From: Macrostomum lignano
Lineage: Eukaryota
Assembly: GCA_002269645.1 (NCBI GenBank)
Contig: NIVC01003620.1
Span: 23,096-87,095, forward strand
Length of the DNA: 64,000 nt
Direction: 5' to 3'
Shown here: positions 13,901 to 26,919 of the stretch, one piece after another
Numbering within the stretch: the stretch's first letter is position 1
Layout of the letters: every line of letters begins with the position of its first letter
The notes under the pieces: model-generated
What the model was told of the DNA's origin: nothing
Databases searched by the model: none
The model's input: only the letters and a program-made list of their open reading frames with translations
Made by a program: the position numbers and the translations under genes

Positions 13901-14145
13901 GCTGCCTCGTCGCTACCGGAGCTGCTCATGATGACGATAAGCAGCAGCCGCCGGAGCAGAAGCAACTCTGGCTTGACGTCAAACGTCGATACGATGATGG
14001 AGTTCGTCAACCGGATGTTGTTCTCTACGACGATGCCAAACTGACCGCGTCTGCCAATGAGCGCCTGCTGGATGCCAAATTGATGACAATCAGGCGCGAC
14101 TATCCCGACGATGCCACGTTTAATAGTGGGTTCCAGCTGGTTTGA
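1998..14145 (+). CDS. Multi-Tudor domain protein (TDRD/Tudor-like), 5'-incomplete, at least 1236 aa
   Basis: Phase-consistent GT-AG exons: 1998-2284, 2559-3329, 7378-7888, 9462-10234, 10755-11306, 12333-12621, 13618-14145 (3711 nt, divisible by 3). Four extended Tudor units: VAARYSVDCNWYRG..FTDYGN; CVRKPNLLWYRC..LIDSG|EEY..PPLAVPCRL; VFESDGVWCRG..DIDTG; CVAKFSEDGVWYRAEV..FVDYGN. The 3' end could alternatively splice out at GTGGGT (14126). Confidence 0.88.
2370..2512. repeat. 31-bp tandem repeat, about 4 copies, intronic
   Basis: ACAGGTGGGGCAGCCTGCCAGTCAGTATTAT recurs with period 31 (2431, 2462). Confidence 0.85.
3380..4976. repeat. Compound minisatellite: 32-bp unit grading into a related 39-bp unit
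   Basis: GAGCACTCTCAATCCCTATAGATAGACCAGCT (32 bp) runs to about 3790, then CTCAATCCTTATAGAACCTAGATAGACCATTTGAGCACT (39 bp). The array is interrupted at 4977 by a TIR element. Confidence 0.95.
4977..7077. mobile_element. Non-autonomous DNA transposon (2101 bp) with 34-bp perfect TIRs and TA target-site duplication
   Basis: Left end CCCGCCTGGCTGTCGTAATCCGGTTTTCATCCGG is the exact reverse complement of the right end. TA lies at 4975-4976 and 7078-7079; removing the element plus one TA restores the 39-bp unit. Subterminal regions are rich in CCGG motifs. No transposase ORF. Confidence 0.93.
5215..5492. repeat. 61-bp tandem repeat (about 4.5 copies) in the left subterminal region of the TIR element
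   Basis: The GATCAAATGTATGCACATGTCTACCGG motif recurs at 61-bp spacing (5283, 5344, 5405, 5466). Confidence 0.88.
7078..7350. repeat. Continuation of the 39-bp minisatellite after the transposon
   Basis: Same unit and register as 3790-4976. It ends about 27 bp before the acceptor at 7377. Confidence 0.95.
7985..9452. repeat. 21-bp minisatellite (AACTCACATCTCACTGTGACC), intronic
   Basis: Period 21. The final variant units contain CTAAC and run into the acceptor CCCAG at 9457-9461. Confidence 0.97.
10255..10745. repeat. About 40-bp minisatellite (CCCACCCCAGATCGGATAATGTACATTCCCT..), intronic
   Basis: Around 12 copies. The last degenerate copy (GATAATGTGTACACATTTCCTCAG) supplies the acceptor at 10754. 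Confidence 0.92.
11390..12080. repeat. 22-bp pyrimidine-rich minisatellite (CCTTTTCCCTATCCTTTCTGGT / CCTTTTCCGGCTCCTTTCTGGT)
   Basis: Two alternating 22-bp variants, intronic. Confidence 0.95.
12660..13510. repeat. 22/23-bp minisatellite (CACCCAATTCAAGCCACTAYATT), intronic
   Basis: Tandem CACCCAATTCAAGCC core with 22- and 23-bp variants. Confidence 0.95.
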
Positions 14146-16000
14146 GAGCGGGTTCCAGCTTGTTTGAGAGCGGGTTCCAGCTGGTTTGAGAGCGGGTTCC
14201 AGCTTGTTTGAGAGCGGGTTCCAGCTGGTTTGAGAGCGGGTTCCAGCTGGTTTGAGAGCGGGTTCCAGCTTGTTTGAGAGCGGGTTCCAGCTTGTTTGAG
14301 AGCGGGTTCCAGCTTGTTTGAGAGCGGGTTCCAGCTGGTTTGAGAGCGGGTTCCAGCTTGTTTGAGAGCGGGTTCCAGCTTGTTTGAGAGCGGGTTCCAG
14401 CTGGTTTGAGAGCGGGTTCCAGCTTGTTTGAGAGCGGGTTCCAGCTGGTTTGAGAGCGGGTTCCAGCTTGTTTGAGAGCGGGTTCCAGCTTGTTTGAGAG
14501 CGGGTTCCAGCTGGTTTGAGAGCGGGTTCCAGCTGGTTTGAGAGCGGGTTCCAGCTTGTTTGAGAGCGGGTTCCAGCTGGTTTGAGAGCGGGTTCCAGCT
14601 TGTTTGAGAGCGGGTTCCAGCTGGTTTGAGAGCGGGTTCCAGCTTGTTTGAGAGCGGGTTCCAGCTGGTTTGAGAGCGGGTTCCAGCTTGTTTGAGAGCG
14701 GGTTCCAGCTGGTTTGAGAGCGGGTTCCAGCTGGTTTGAGAGCGGGTTCCAGCTTGTTTGAGAGCGGGTTCCAGCTTGTTTGAGAGCGGGTTCCAGCTTG
14801 TTTGAGAGCGGGTTCCAGCTGGTTTGAGAGCGGGTTCCAGCTTGTTTGAGAGCGGGTTCCAGCTTGTTTGAGAGCGGGTTCCAGCTTGTTTGAGAGCGGG
14901 TTCCAGCTGGTTTGAGAGCGGGTTCCAGCTTGTTTGAGAGCGGGTTCCAGCTTGTTTGAGAGCGGGTTCCAGCTTGTTTGAGAGCGGGTTCCAGCTTGTT
15001 TGAGAGCGGGTTCCAGCTGGTTTGAGAGCGGGTTCCAGCTTGTTTGAGAGCGGGTTCCAGCTGATTTGAGAGCGGGTTCCAGCTTGTTTGAGAGCGGGTT
15101 CCAGCTTGTTTGAGAGCGGGTTCCAGCTTGTTTGAGAGCGGGTTCCAGCTGGTTTGAGAGCGGGTTCCAGCTTGTTTGAGAGCGGGTTCCAGCTGGTTTG
15201 AGAGCGGGTTCCAGCTGGTTTGAGAGCGGGTTCCAGCTTGTTTGAGAGCGGGTTCCAGCTTGTTTGAGAGCGGGTTCCAGCTGGTTTGAGAGCGGGTTCC
15301 AGTTGGTTTGAGAGCGGGTTCCAGCTGGTTTGAGAGCGGGTTCCAGTTGGTTTGAGAGCGGGTTCCAGCTGGTTTGAGAGCGGGTTCCAGTTGGTTTGAG
15401 AGCGGGTTCCAGCTGATTTGAGAGCGGGTTCCAGCTTGTTTGAGAGCGGGTTCCAGCTTGTTTGAGAGCGGGTTCCAGCTTGTTTGAGAGCGGGTTCCAG
15501 CTTGTTTGAGAGCGGGTTCCAGCTTGTTTGAGAACGGGTTCCAGCTTGTTTGAGAGCGGGTTCCAGCTGGTTTGAGAGCGGGTTCCAGCTGGTTTGAGAG
15601 CGGGTTCCAGCTTGTTTGAGAGCGGGTTCCAGCTTGTTTGAGAGCGGGTTCCAGCTGGTTTGAGAGCGGGTTCCAGTTGGTTTGAGAGCGGGTTCCAGCT
15701 GGTTTGAGAGCGGGTTCCAGTTGGTTTGAGAGCGGGTTCCAGCTGATTTGAGAGCGGGTTCCAGCTTGTTTGAGAGCGGGTTCCAGCTTGTTTGAGAGCG
15801 GGTTCCAGCTTGTTTGAGAGCGGGTTCCAGCTTGTTTGAGAGCGGGTTCCAGCTTGTTTGAGAACGGGTTCCAGCTTGTTTGAGAGCGGGTTCCAGCTGG
15901 TTTGAGAGCGGGTTCCAGTTGGTTTGAGAGCGGGTTCCAGCTGATTTGAGAGCGGGTTCCAGCTTGTTTGAGAGCGGGTTCCAGCTGGTTTGAGAGCGGG
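14128..16000. repeat. 22-bp minisatellite (GGGTTCCAGCT[G/T]GTTTGAGAGC), about 85 copies, first unit overlapping the last codons and TGA of the Tudor ORF
   Basis: Period 22 from 14128. The TGA at 14143-14145 lies within unit 1. Confidence 0.97.
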
Positions 16001-16759
16001 TTTTTAAGTGGCTTGAGAGCGGTTCTTTATTCGATTTTGTTTAGCTAAAATGTTGGTGTTGCTTGTTTTATGCGATCTCGTTGTTTTAATACTACTTATT
16101 AGTAGCTTGCAGGGTGTCCTAGGCCTAGCAAATACTAGAATTAAAGAATGCCTATTAAATTTCAGCAGTGCCAATGGGGTAAATTATGTTGTTTCCTTTT
16201 ACATATTACTAATTAGATGACACGCAAACACCCTGCCAGCTTACTATTGGTGTCTTAATCTATCTTGGAGGTGATAAAGAGAAATTTAAGAAAGCAACGT
16301 TACTACTGTCCTGCCCTGTCATTGAGTAGTATTTTTAAGGATATACGTTATTCTCGTCAATTCTGTATGATAATAATAATTTTAGTATTATAAAAATTCT
16401 GAAGTAACCCACTGATCGAAGGCATTTCATGTTTCGTTTTCAATTTCAACTAACTTTCTGTTAATCTTGAACTTTAGTGATCCATCTTTGCTTATAATAA
16501 GCAGCCTTGTACCAAATTAATTACGCTTAACACATGACTACTGTGAGTACTTGTATGGGATATTATAGCTTATAATTTTCAAATACTATTTTTGTGGCCT
16601 CGTCCATCTGTTGAGTCTGATCTATAAATAAACCTGGTATCAGCTGAGCGGGCACCGCGCCTGCGTGCCTCAGCAAGCATTTGTTCAAATTTATATTTCC
16701 TGCATTCACTTCACAAATACAGATTCTCATTGACATTGAAATTTTCATTTATAATGCTC

Positions 16760-19554
16760 TAGCCAGTCACACCTGATAATGATCAAGCCAGTCACACCTG
16801 ATAATGCTCAAGCCAGTCACACCTGATAATGCTCAAGCCAGTCACACCTGATAATGGTCACACCTGATAATGATCAAGCCAGTCACACCTGATAATGATC
16901 AAGACAGTCACACCTGATAATGATCAAGCCAGTCACACCTGATAATGCTCAAGCCAGTCACACCCGATAATGATCAAGCCAGTCACACCTGATAATGTCG
17001 ATATCAAGCCAGTCACACCTGATAATGATCAAGCCAGTCACACCTGATAATGATCAAGCCAGTCACACCTGATAATGCTCAAGCCAGTCACACCTGATAA
17101 TGATCAAGCGAGTCACACCTGATAATGTCGATATCAAGCCAGTCACACCTGATAATGATCAAGCCAGTCACACCTGATAATGCTCAAGCCAGTCACACCC
17201 GATAATGATCAAGCCAGTCACACCTGATAATGTCGATATCAAGCCAGTCACACCTGATAATGATCAAGCCAGTCACACCTGATAATGATCAATCCAGTCA
17301 CACCTGATAATGATCAAGCCAGTCACACCTGATAATGATCAAGCCAGTCACACCTGATAATGATCAAGCCAGTCACACCTGATAATGTCGATATCAAGCC
17401 AGTCACACCTGATAATGCTCAAGCCAGTCACACCTGATAATGATCAAGCCAGTCACACCTGATAATGATCAAGCCAGTCACACCTGATAATGATCAAGGC
17501 AGTCACACCTGATAATGATCAAGGCAGTCACACCCGATAATGATCAAGCCAGTCACACCTGATAATGATCAAGCCAGTCACACCTGATAATGATCAAGCC
17601 AGTCACACCTGATAATGTCGATATCAAGCCAGTCACACCTGATAATGATCAAGCCAGTCACACCTGATAATGATTAAGCCAGTCACACCTGATAATGATC
17701 AAGCCAGTCACACCTGATAATGATCAAGCCAGTCACACCTGATAATGATCAAGCCAGTCACACCTGATAATGTCGATATCAAGCCAGTCACACCTGATAA
17801 TGATCAAGCCAGTCACACCTGATGATGATCAAGCCAGTCACACCTGATAATGATCAAGCCAGTCACACCTGATGATGATCAAGCCAGTCACACCTGATAA
17901 TGATCAAGCCAGTCACACCTGATAATGATCAAGCCAGTCACACCTGATAATGTCGATATCAAGCCAGTCACACCTGATAATGATCAAGCCAGTCACACCT
18001 GATGATGATCAAGCCAGTCACACCTGATAATGATCAAGCCAGTCACACCTGATGATGATCAAGCCAGTCACACCTGATAATGATCAAGCCAGTCACACCT
18101 GATGATGATCAAGCCAGTCACACCTGATAATGATCAAGCCAGTCACACCTGATAATGATCAAGCCAGTCACACCTGATAATGATCAAGCCAGTCACACCT
18201 GATAATGATTAAGCCAGTCACACCTGATAATGATCAAGCCAGTCACACCTGATAATGATTAAGCCAGTCACACCTGATAATGATCAAGCCAGTCACACCT
18301 GATAATGATCAAGCCAGTCACACCTGATAATGTCGATATCAAGCCAGTCACACCTGATAATGATCAAGCCAGTCACACCTGATGATGATCAAGCCAGTCA
18401 CACCTGATAATGATCAAGCCAGTCACACCTGATGATGATCAAGCCAGTCACACCTGATAATGATCAAGCCAGTCACACCTGATAATGATCAAGCCAGTCA
18501 CACCTGATAATGTCGATATCAAGCCAGTCACACCTGATAATGATCAAGCCAGTCACACCTGATGATGATCAAGCCAGTCACACCTGATAATGATCAAGCC
18601 AGTCACACCTGATGATGATCAAGCCAGTCACACCTGATAATGATCAAGCCAGTCACACCTGATGATGATCAAGCCAGTCACACCTGATAATGATCAAGCC
18701 AGTCACACCTGATAATGATCAAGCCAGTCACACCTGATAATGTCGATATCAAGCCAGTCACACCTGATAATGATCAAGCCAGTCACACCTGATAATGATC
18801 AAGCCAGTCACACCTGATAATGTCGATATCAAGCCAGTCACACCTGATAATGATCAAGCCAGTCACACCTGATGATGATCAAGCCAGTCACACCTGATAA
18901 TGATCAAGCCAGTCACACCTGATGATGATCAAGCCAGTCACACCTGATAATGATCAAGCCAGTCACACCTGATGATGATCAAGCCAGTCACACCTGATAA
19001 TGATCAAGCCAGTCACACCTGATAATGATCAAGCCAGTCACACCTGATAATGTCGATATCAAGCCAGTCACACCTGATAATGATCAAGCCAGTCACACCT
19101 GATAATGATCAAGCCAGTCACACCTGATAATGTCGATATCAAGCCAGTCACACCTGATAATGATCAAGCCAGTCACACCTGATGATGATCAAGCCAGTCA
19201 CACCTGATAATGATCAAGCCAGTCACACCTGATGATGATCAAGCCAGTCACACCTGATAATGATCAAGCCAGTCACACCTGATAATGATCAAGCCAGTCA
19301 CACCTGATAATGTCGATATCAAGCCAGTCACACCTGATAATGATCAAGCCAGTCACACCTGATAATGATCAAGCCAGTCACACCTGATAATGTCGATATC
19401 AAGCCAGTCACACCTGATAATGATCAAGCCAGTCACACCTGATAATGATCAAGCCAGTCACACCTGATAATGTCGATATCAAGCCAGTCACACCTGATAA
19501 TGATCAAGCCAGTCACACCTGATAATGATCAAGCCAGTCACACCTGATAATGAT
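16760..19554. repeat. 25-bp satellite (GATAATGATCAAGCCAGTCACACCT) with 30-bp variant units and higher-order structure
   Basis: The 30-bp variant (TGTCGATATC) recurs at spacings of 80, 180, 230 and 380 bp, each equal to 30 + n x 25. Confidence 0.97.
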
Positions 19555-19787
19555 GGAAATTGTTTAAATATTCCCCTTTTAATTAATGAGTTAGTAGGCA
19601 CGATTTCTTAATGTATGTTTGTTGCTGAAGATCATTTTGATGTGGAGCATTAATATAAACAACACTCAAAAATATTAAATCATTTTTAAACATTTTAAAG
19701 TATACAATCTGTTATAGTACGATTACACGTAAATCTCCAGTGTGAAAATTTATTCATGTACGAGTATGAAGAAAATTTGAAAAAACA

Positions 19788-19851
19788 AGCCAGGATTTGA
19801 ATCTGGAATCTTCTGATCCGTGGTAGTCATCCGCGTTATCCATTGCGCCAC
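19788..19851 (-). pseudogene. Degenerate tRNA-Arg(ACG) fragment
   Basis: The minus strand reads GTGGCGCAATGGATAACGCG-GATGACT-ACC-ACG-GATCAGAAGATTCCAGATTCAAATCCTGGCT. It matches the eukaryotic tRNA-Arg(ACG) body except for a 3-nt insertion in the anticodon loop, a mutated T-loop and a missing acceptor stem. Confidence 0.8.
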
Positions 19852-20144
19852 ATTTTCTTAAATGTGGATACATAAATGTATCAAGCAATCTTGTTTAAAC
19901 GCCCTGTTGTCTGTTATGGAAGTTATGGAAGTTATCTGTTATGGAAGTTATCTGTTATGGAAGTTATGGAAGCTAGTTATTCTTGTGGTAACTACAAACT
20001 GAGTAGAGCTTGGAGTTTCCCAGGATTGCTCTTAGCAGAGTAGCTCAACAGTAAACGCATCGAAGAATCTCGGCCCAAGGTAAATCCCTTTCAAATATTT
20101 AAATTTTTATTACGATTTTGAGCAGTTTCGATTCGTTTGCTAAT

Positions 20145-20233
20145 TAGTGAGTCAGTTAGTTAGTTTGTTTGTTTGTTAGTCAGTTAGTTAGTTAGTTTGT
20201 TAGTCAGTTAGTTAGTTAGTTAGTTAGTTAGTC

Positions 20234-20284
<51 letters not shown>

Positions 20285-20289
20285 CGGTC

Positions 20290-20324
<35 letters not shown>

Positions 20325-20341
20325 GAGTTAGTTAGTTACTT
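20145..20341. repeat. (TTAG)n microsatellite, 5' flank of the RTE LINE
   Basis: Imperfect TTAG run ending in TACTT at 20337-20341. Confidence 0.95.
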
Positions 20342-23300
20342 GCGAAAGGTCGTTTTCGCAAGTCCGCAAGTTTGCTTGACCCGGCCCCTATCCAATCGGT
20401 TCTGCCTGGTGGCGCAGGAGACCGTGAGGCCCAACAAGTCCGGGCCCCAGCTGTACCAGGAAGCGCGTTTAGAATTGCCACCTTCAACTGTCGCACTCTC
20501 AAACCTGCTTGGAGGAGGGGGATGCTGGCGCAGCTAGCATCCGATCTGCAGCTGGACATTGTGATGCTGCAGTAAGTTTCAATTGTGACGCAGGACGGCC
20601 TCCAACGTGAGGATCTCGGTGCCGGCTGGACCCTGTTTTTCACCTCAGCGGACAGTCGAGGACGTGGAGGAGTCGGCGCTCTAGTCGGACCGCGGCTGCA
20701 GCAGAGTGTCTGCTGTGTCCCCGTGTCACCTCGGCTTTTGCGTGTGGATGTGAGACTGCGAGGCCGTAACGCCCGGCTGTTCTGCGCGTATGCACCGACA
20801 GCTGCCCATCAGCATGAGGCGCAGGAGTTCTTTGATTTCCTGTCAGAGCAGCTCGAGACGGTCGCAATGCGTGACACTCTGGCGGTGCTTGGCGATCTCA
20901 ACGCTGTCGCGGAGAGGTCCCAGCGCTCCCTGTTCGTGTCCCCGCGCCAGAATGGCAACTCTAGTGCGCTTGCGGACCTTATGTCGCGGCAAGATCTGGT
21001 GTCGGCGAACACGCGCTTCCGCAAGCCAGCTTTTCGTTTGGCGACTTTTGCTGGTTGTAAGCGAAGAAAGCGGAACGCGCGCCGAAACGCCACGACGCGC
21101 CGGGCCCAGCTCGACCACATTCTTGTTCGTAACCGCGAGCGCAGTCGGGTGACAGACTGCGACACGATGGCCCCGCTGTCCATCCGATCCGACCACCGCC
21201 TGCTTTTCTGCAACCTTCGCATCCGGGATCCGCTGTACAGGCCGCCCAAGCAACCCCCACGCCGCTATTTCCGGGCTCTGCGAGATTCTAGCACCCGCGG
21301 CAGGTTCGCGTACGCGTTCGCCACCGCACTGGGAGAGTCTGCGAGCACCGGTAACTACTCTGAAATTAGCGCGGCAGTAGCGACGGCAGCGAGCAAAACT
21401 CTGCCACTGATGAAATCTGCAGCCCGTAGTCTCCCTGTCTGGGCGGATGACAAGGAGGTTCAAGAGGCGAGGCGGACAGTCGAGAGGCTGCGACGGTCCA
21501 GGAGACCGACGGCAGAGGCCGAGAAAGCCCTGTCAGACGTTTATGTCAGGCGGCAGCAAGCCGCTGTTGACGATGCCATCCGAAGCGTCACCTCCGCAGG
21601 GCTCGACCAACGGAATCGGCTCGTATGGCCGACAATCAACGCCTTGACAAGAAGAAAAAAGCACCGCAAGAAAAAAGCACCGCAAGAAGAAAACGGTGCT
21701 AAACTTGACCGGCGACACGCCAGAAGCGCGCAGAAATGAGCTACGCGACTTCTTCGCCGATATCGTCAACGCGCCGCCACCGCCTCTGCCAGAAGTGATG
21801 CCACTGCCGCTCGAGACGGCGCTGCCGTCGCAGGAAGATTTCAACACCCAGCCAGTGACCAGCAACGACGTTGTGCAGTTCACTCGCCAGGCGCCGGGAG
21901 GTCGCGCCCCGGGACCGGACGAGGTGCCTATCGAGGTGCTGCGAGTCACAAGGGTCGCCATTGAAGTGGCTCGTGTGATTAACGGTGTCCTTTCTGGAGA
22001 TGCCGCGCCCCGCGAGTGGACAACCGAGCACATCGTCGCGATCCCGAAGAAGCCAGGCACGACACGGAAGGAGGAGCACAGGGGGATCTCGCTTATGTCC
22101 TGCGCCGCGAAGCTGTTCAACCGGGTGCTGCTGGCTCGGTTACAGCCTGTGCTGGACCAGTTCCTGCGAACTGAGCAGAACGGGTTCCGCCCACATCGCG
22201 GCACAGTGACGCAGATCCTAGCCCTCCGCCGCATCATCGAGGAGGCGCGCATCCATCAGTCAAGTCTCGTGGTGATCTTCATTGATTTCCTCAAGGCCTT
22301 CGACTCGCTGGCTCGCGGCGCGCTGCCTCTCGTGCTTCGTGCGTACAATGTACCGGAGCAACTGATTTCCGCCATCATGGCGAAGTACCAGGACACGACC
22401 GCTTCGGTGATGACGCCAGATGGACTGTCAGACCAATTCAGCACGTCGTCAGGCGTGCTGCAGGGTGACACTTTGGCGCCTTTTCTGTTTGTGCTGGCAC
22501 TGGACTGGGTGCTGAGAACCGGCCTGCCCAACCTGGATGACGGCTTCCTTTTGAGAAGACGCACGAGTCGGCGGCACCTGGAGAAGCGGCTCTCCGTTCT
22601 CGGCTACGCGGACAACCTCGCGCTACTTTCATCGACGGCTGAAGGTGCCCAACGGCTGCTTGATGGCCTGACGGCGGCAGCGTCGCGGGTCGGCCTTAAG
22701 CTGAACGCGCGGAAGACGGTAGTGTTCACGGTGCCCTCCGACTTGCCGGCCGAGATCAATTACCGAGACGCTGCCGGGAATGCATTTATGCTTACCCGCT
22801 GCGAGCGCTTTGTGTACCTCGGCGGTTCCGTGCCGGACGTTGCCGACGACCTGAAGAGACGACGAGGACTGGCCTGGGCCGCATTTCGATCTGTGCGCTC
22901 CGTGCTCCAATCTGAGGCCCTGGACGACGGGCTCAAGGCTCGGCTGTTTCAGGCAGTCGTCGAGACTGTCCTGTTGTACAACGCCGAGACTTGGACCCTG
23001 ACGGACGCCTTGGAGAGGCAGCTGGACGCTGCGCATGCGGCAATGCTGCGTGCGGCTTTCGGAGTGCGCAGCGGCCCAGGCAGCGAGACCAATGCCGCGC
23101 TCTACACGAGGGCGCGCCTGACGCGGCCTTCTGACCTGCTGCGCGGGCGGCGACTTCGACTGGCTGGCCACGTCATCCGGTCGGAGGCCCGCTGTCCTGA
23201 GCCGCTACACGACGTGCTGCTGCTCAAGCTGCAGGGACCGCGGAGGCGAGGCCAAGGGCGAACGGTGCGATACCCTGACCGACTTCTGAGTGACGCTGGC

Positions 23301-23426
23301 GCCCCGGACCAAGCAGGGGGATGCGACTTCCTGAGGGCAATGGCCCAGAGACGCGCTTTCTGACTGCTCCCCCTTTCTGGCTACTGCGTGGCCGGCGGGA
23401 GCAGTACCTTGTTGTTGTTGTTGTTG
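20342..23426 (+). mobile_element. RTE-clade non-LTR retrotransposon (APE endonuclease + RT), near full length, inactivated
   Basis: Single-ORF layout. APE motifs IATFNCRTL, LGDLNA, QLDHIL, SDHRL; RT motifs EQNGFR, FIDFLKAFDS, GVLQGDTLAPFLF, YADN; C-terminal RRLRLAGHV; short 3' UTR and (TTG)n tail. Lesions: TAA at 20573-20575 in place of the LQE Glu, a 16-bp tandem duplication at 21652-21683 (frameshift), and YADD to YADN at 22614. Candidate TSD TACTT. Confidence 0.93.
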
Positions 23427-24180
<754 letters not shown>

Positions 24181-24948
24181 ATTACTTAGCACACGCACAC
24201 AGGGTGTCCAGTTAAATCCTGGACTTGTCGCGAGAGTCATGCGGTCAGAACACCGAAAACGATCGATCGGGTGTAGCAAATCTCTATAATTGAGTCGAAT
24301 GCAGTCTGTCGATTCATGTGCTATCGCGTTGAGACTTGGAGTGCCCAAGCACTGTTTGACAATTGCAGCTGATGGTATTCGAAGTAGTGTATAGGGTATT
24401 AAAGAAAGCATCTGCAGACTCTGTTGGGCCACCTAGTGACGTGCAGAGTCCGAATATAATCTCTATTATTAACGGCAAAGGCAATAAAACCGTCTCTGCC
24501 CTCACCTGGCCCGGCAATAAATAATCCGCCTCAATTGTTGGATTCAACCCGGCGCTGCCCCAGGCAGACAGGCAGGCAGCCGGCGCTGACTACTTTCTAC
24601 TGAGGATCCGATAACTTGGCGATGCCTATCAGTCAGATTAAATAAAAAGCTGAAAATAACAAAATTGCTTTTTGTCTAAGCTGAACCTCGACTGTCTGGA
24701 ATTATGTTTAGTAGACTCAACTATGCTCAAGTGCCTGTGCACTTGAATCACTCTCTGGTGGGTTCTGCTTTGGTGCTCCGGCACTTTTTGCAGTAATTTT
24801 ATTAGTTTTTTAATTCCACCCGAATAATAATAAACATTTTATTGCCTTGTAAAAACATTATAAATACAGCAGAGCAACAGCAGCCAGATGTTAGCTGGCA
24901 AGACTCCGATTCCTACTACCGATATAAACGAATTTGTTTGAACAAATC

Positions 24949-26026
<1,078 letters not shown>

Positions 26027-26540
26027 TGACACATCGCCCTGGCGAATGACTTTTTTCGGACAGAATTGTTTGTGCACATTGGCCAATCCTTTTTAAATCG
26101 TATCATCTAATTTAAAAATCATTTTTAATTAAATCATTTATTCAGCTATAAGGTTGAGCTCTGCACAGTGGAGTAGGGCGACCGCAATTACCAATATTAC
26201 CTATATAACCAATTTGCATACATCTATTCGAGACGCAGCACTTCTCACTGTGATTAGTGTTTTAAGAACTGTTAACCCTAACTTAATAAAACCTGTTTGC
26301 TAAATCAAAAAATATTATGAAATTAAGATTTTTTATTGACTTCATTTTGTTTCAATTGATTTAGCGATGTTCCAGCCTATCACAGAGAACTGAAAAGCTT
26401 CTTTATTGTGCATTTTGGTAATTGCTTCAGCTTGCATTTGGGACACTAAATCAGCCTCACCTGTCACTGGACACTAATTTATTATCCTTCACCTGTCACG
26501 GGAGACATTATTATTAACCTTCACCTGTCACGGGACACTA

Positions 26541-26919
<379 letters not shown>

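Noticed and set aside
16563-16748. 61-aa minus-strand ORF
   Set aside because: No recognisable motif and no linked exons; AT-rich context.
14128-19554. CRISPR-like appearance of the 22-bp and 25-bp arrays
   Set aside because: Units are head-to-tail with no unique spacers, there are no cas genes, and the context is eukaryotic.
20020-20085. Possible tRNA-like sequence (GTAGCTCAACAGTAAACGC..)
   Set aside because: Only a weak A-box resemblance, with no B box or cloverleaf.
21655-21702. AAAAAAGCACCG resembles the reverse complement of an sgRNA scaffold end
   Set aside because: It is a 12-nt coincidence inside the LINE ORF, explained by the 16-bp duplication.
24198-24228. Mariner-like end CAGGGTGTCC
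   Set aside because: No matching inverted end or TA duplication was found.
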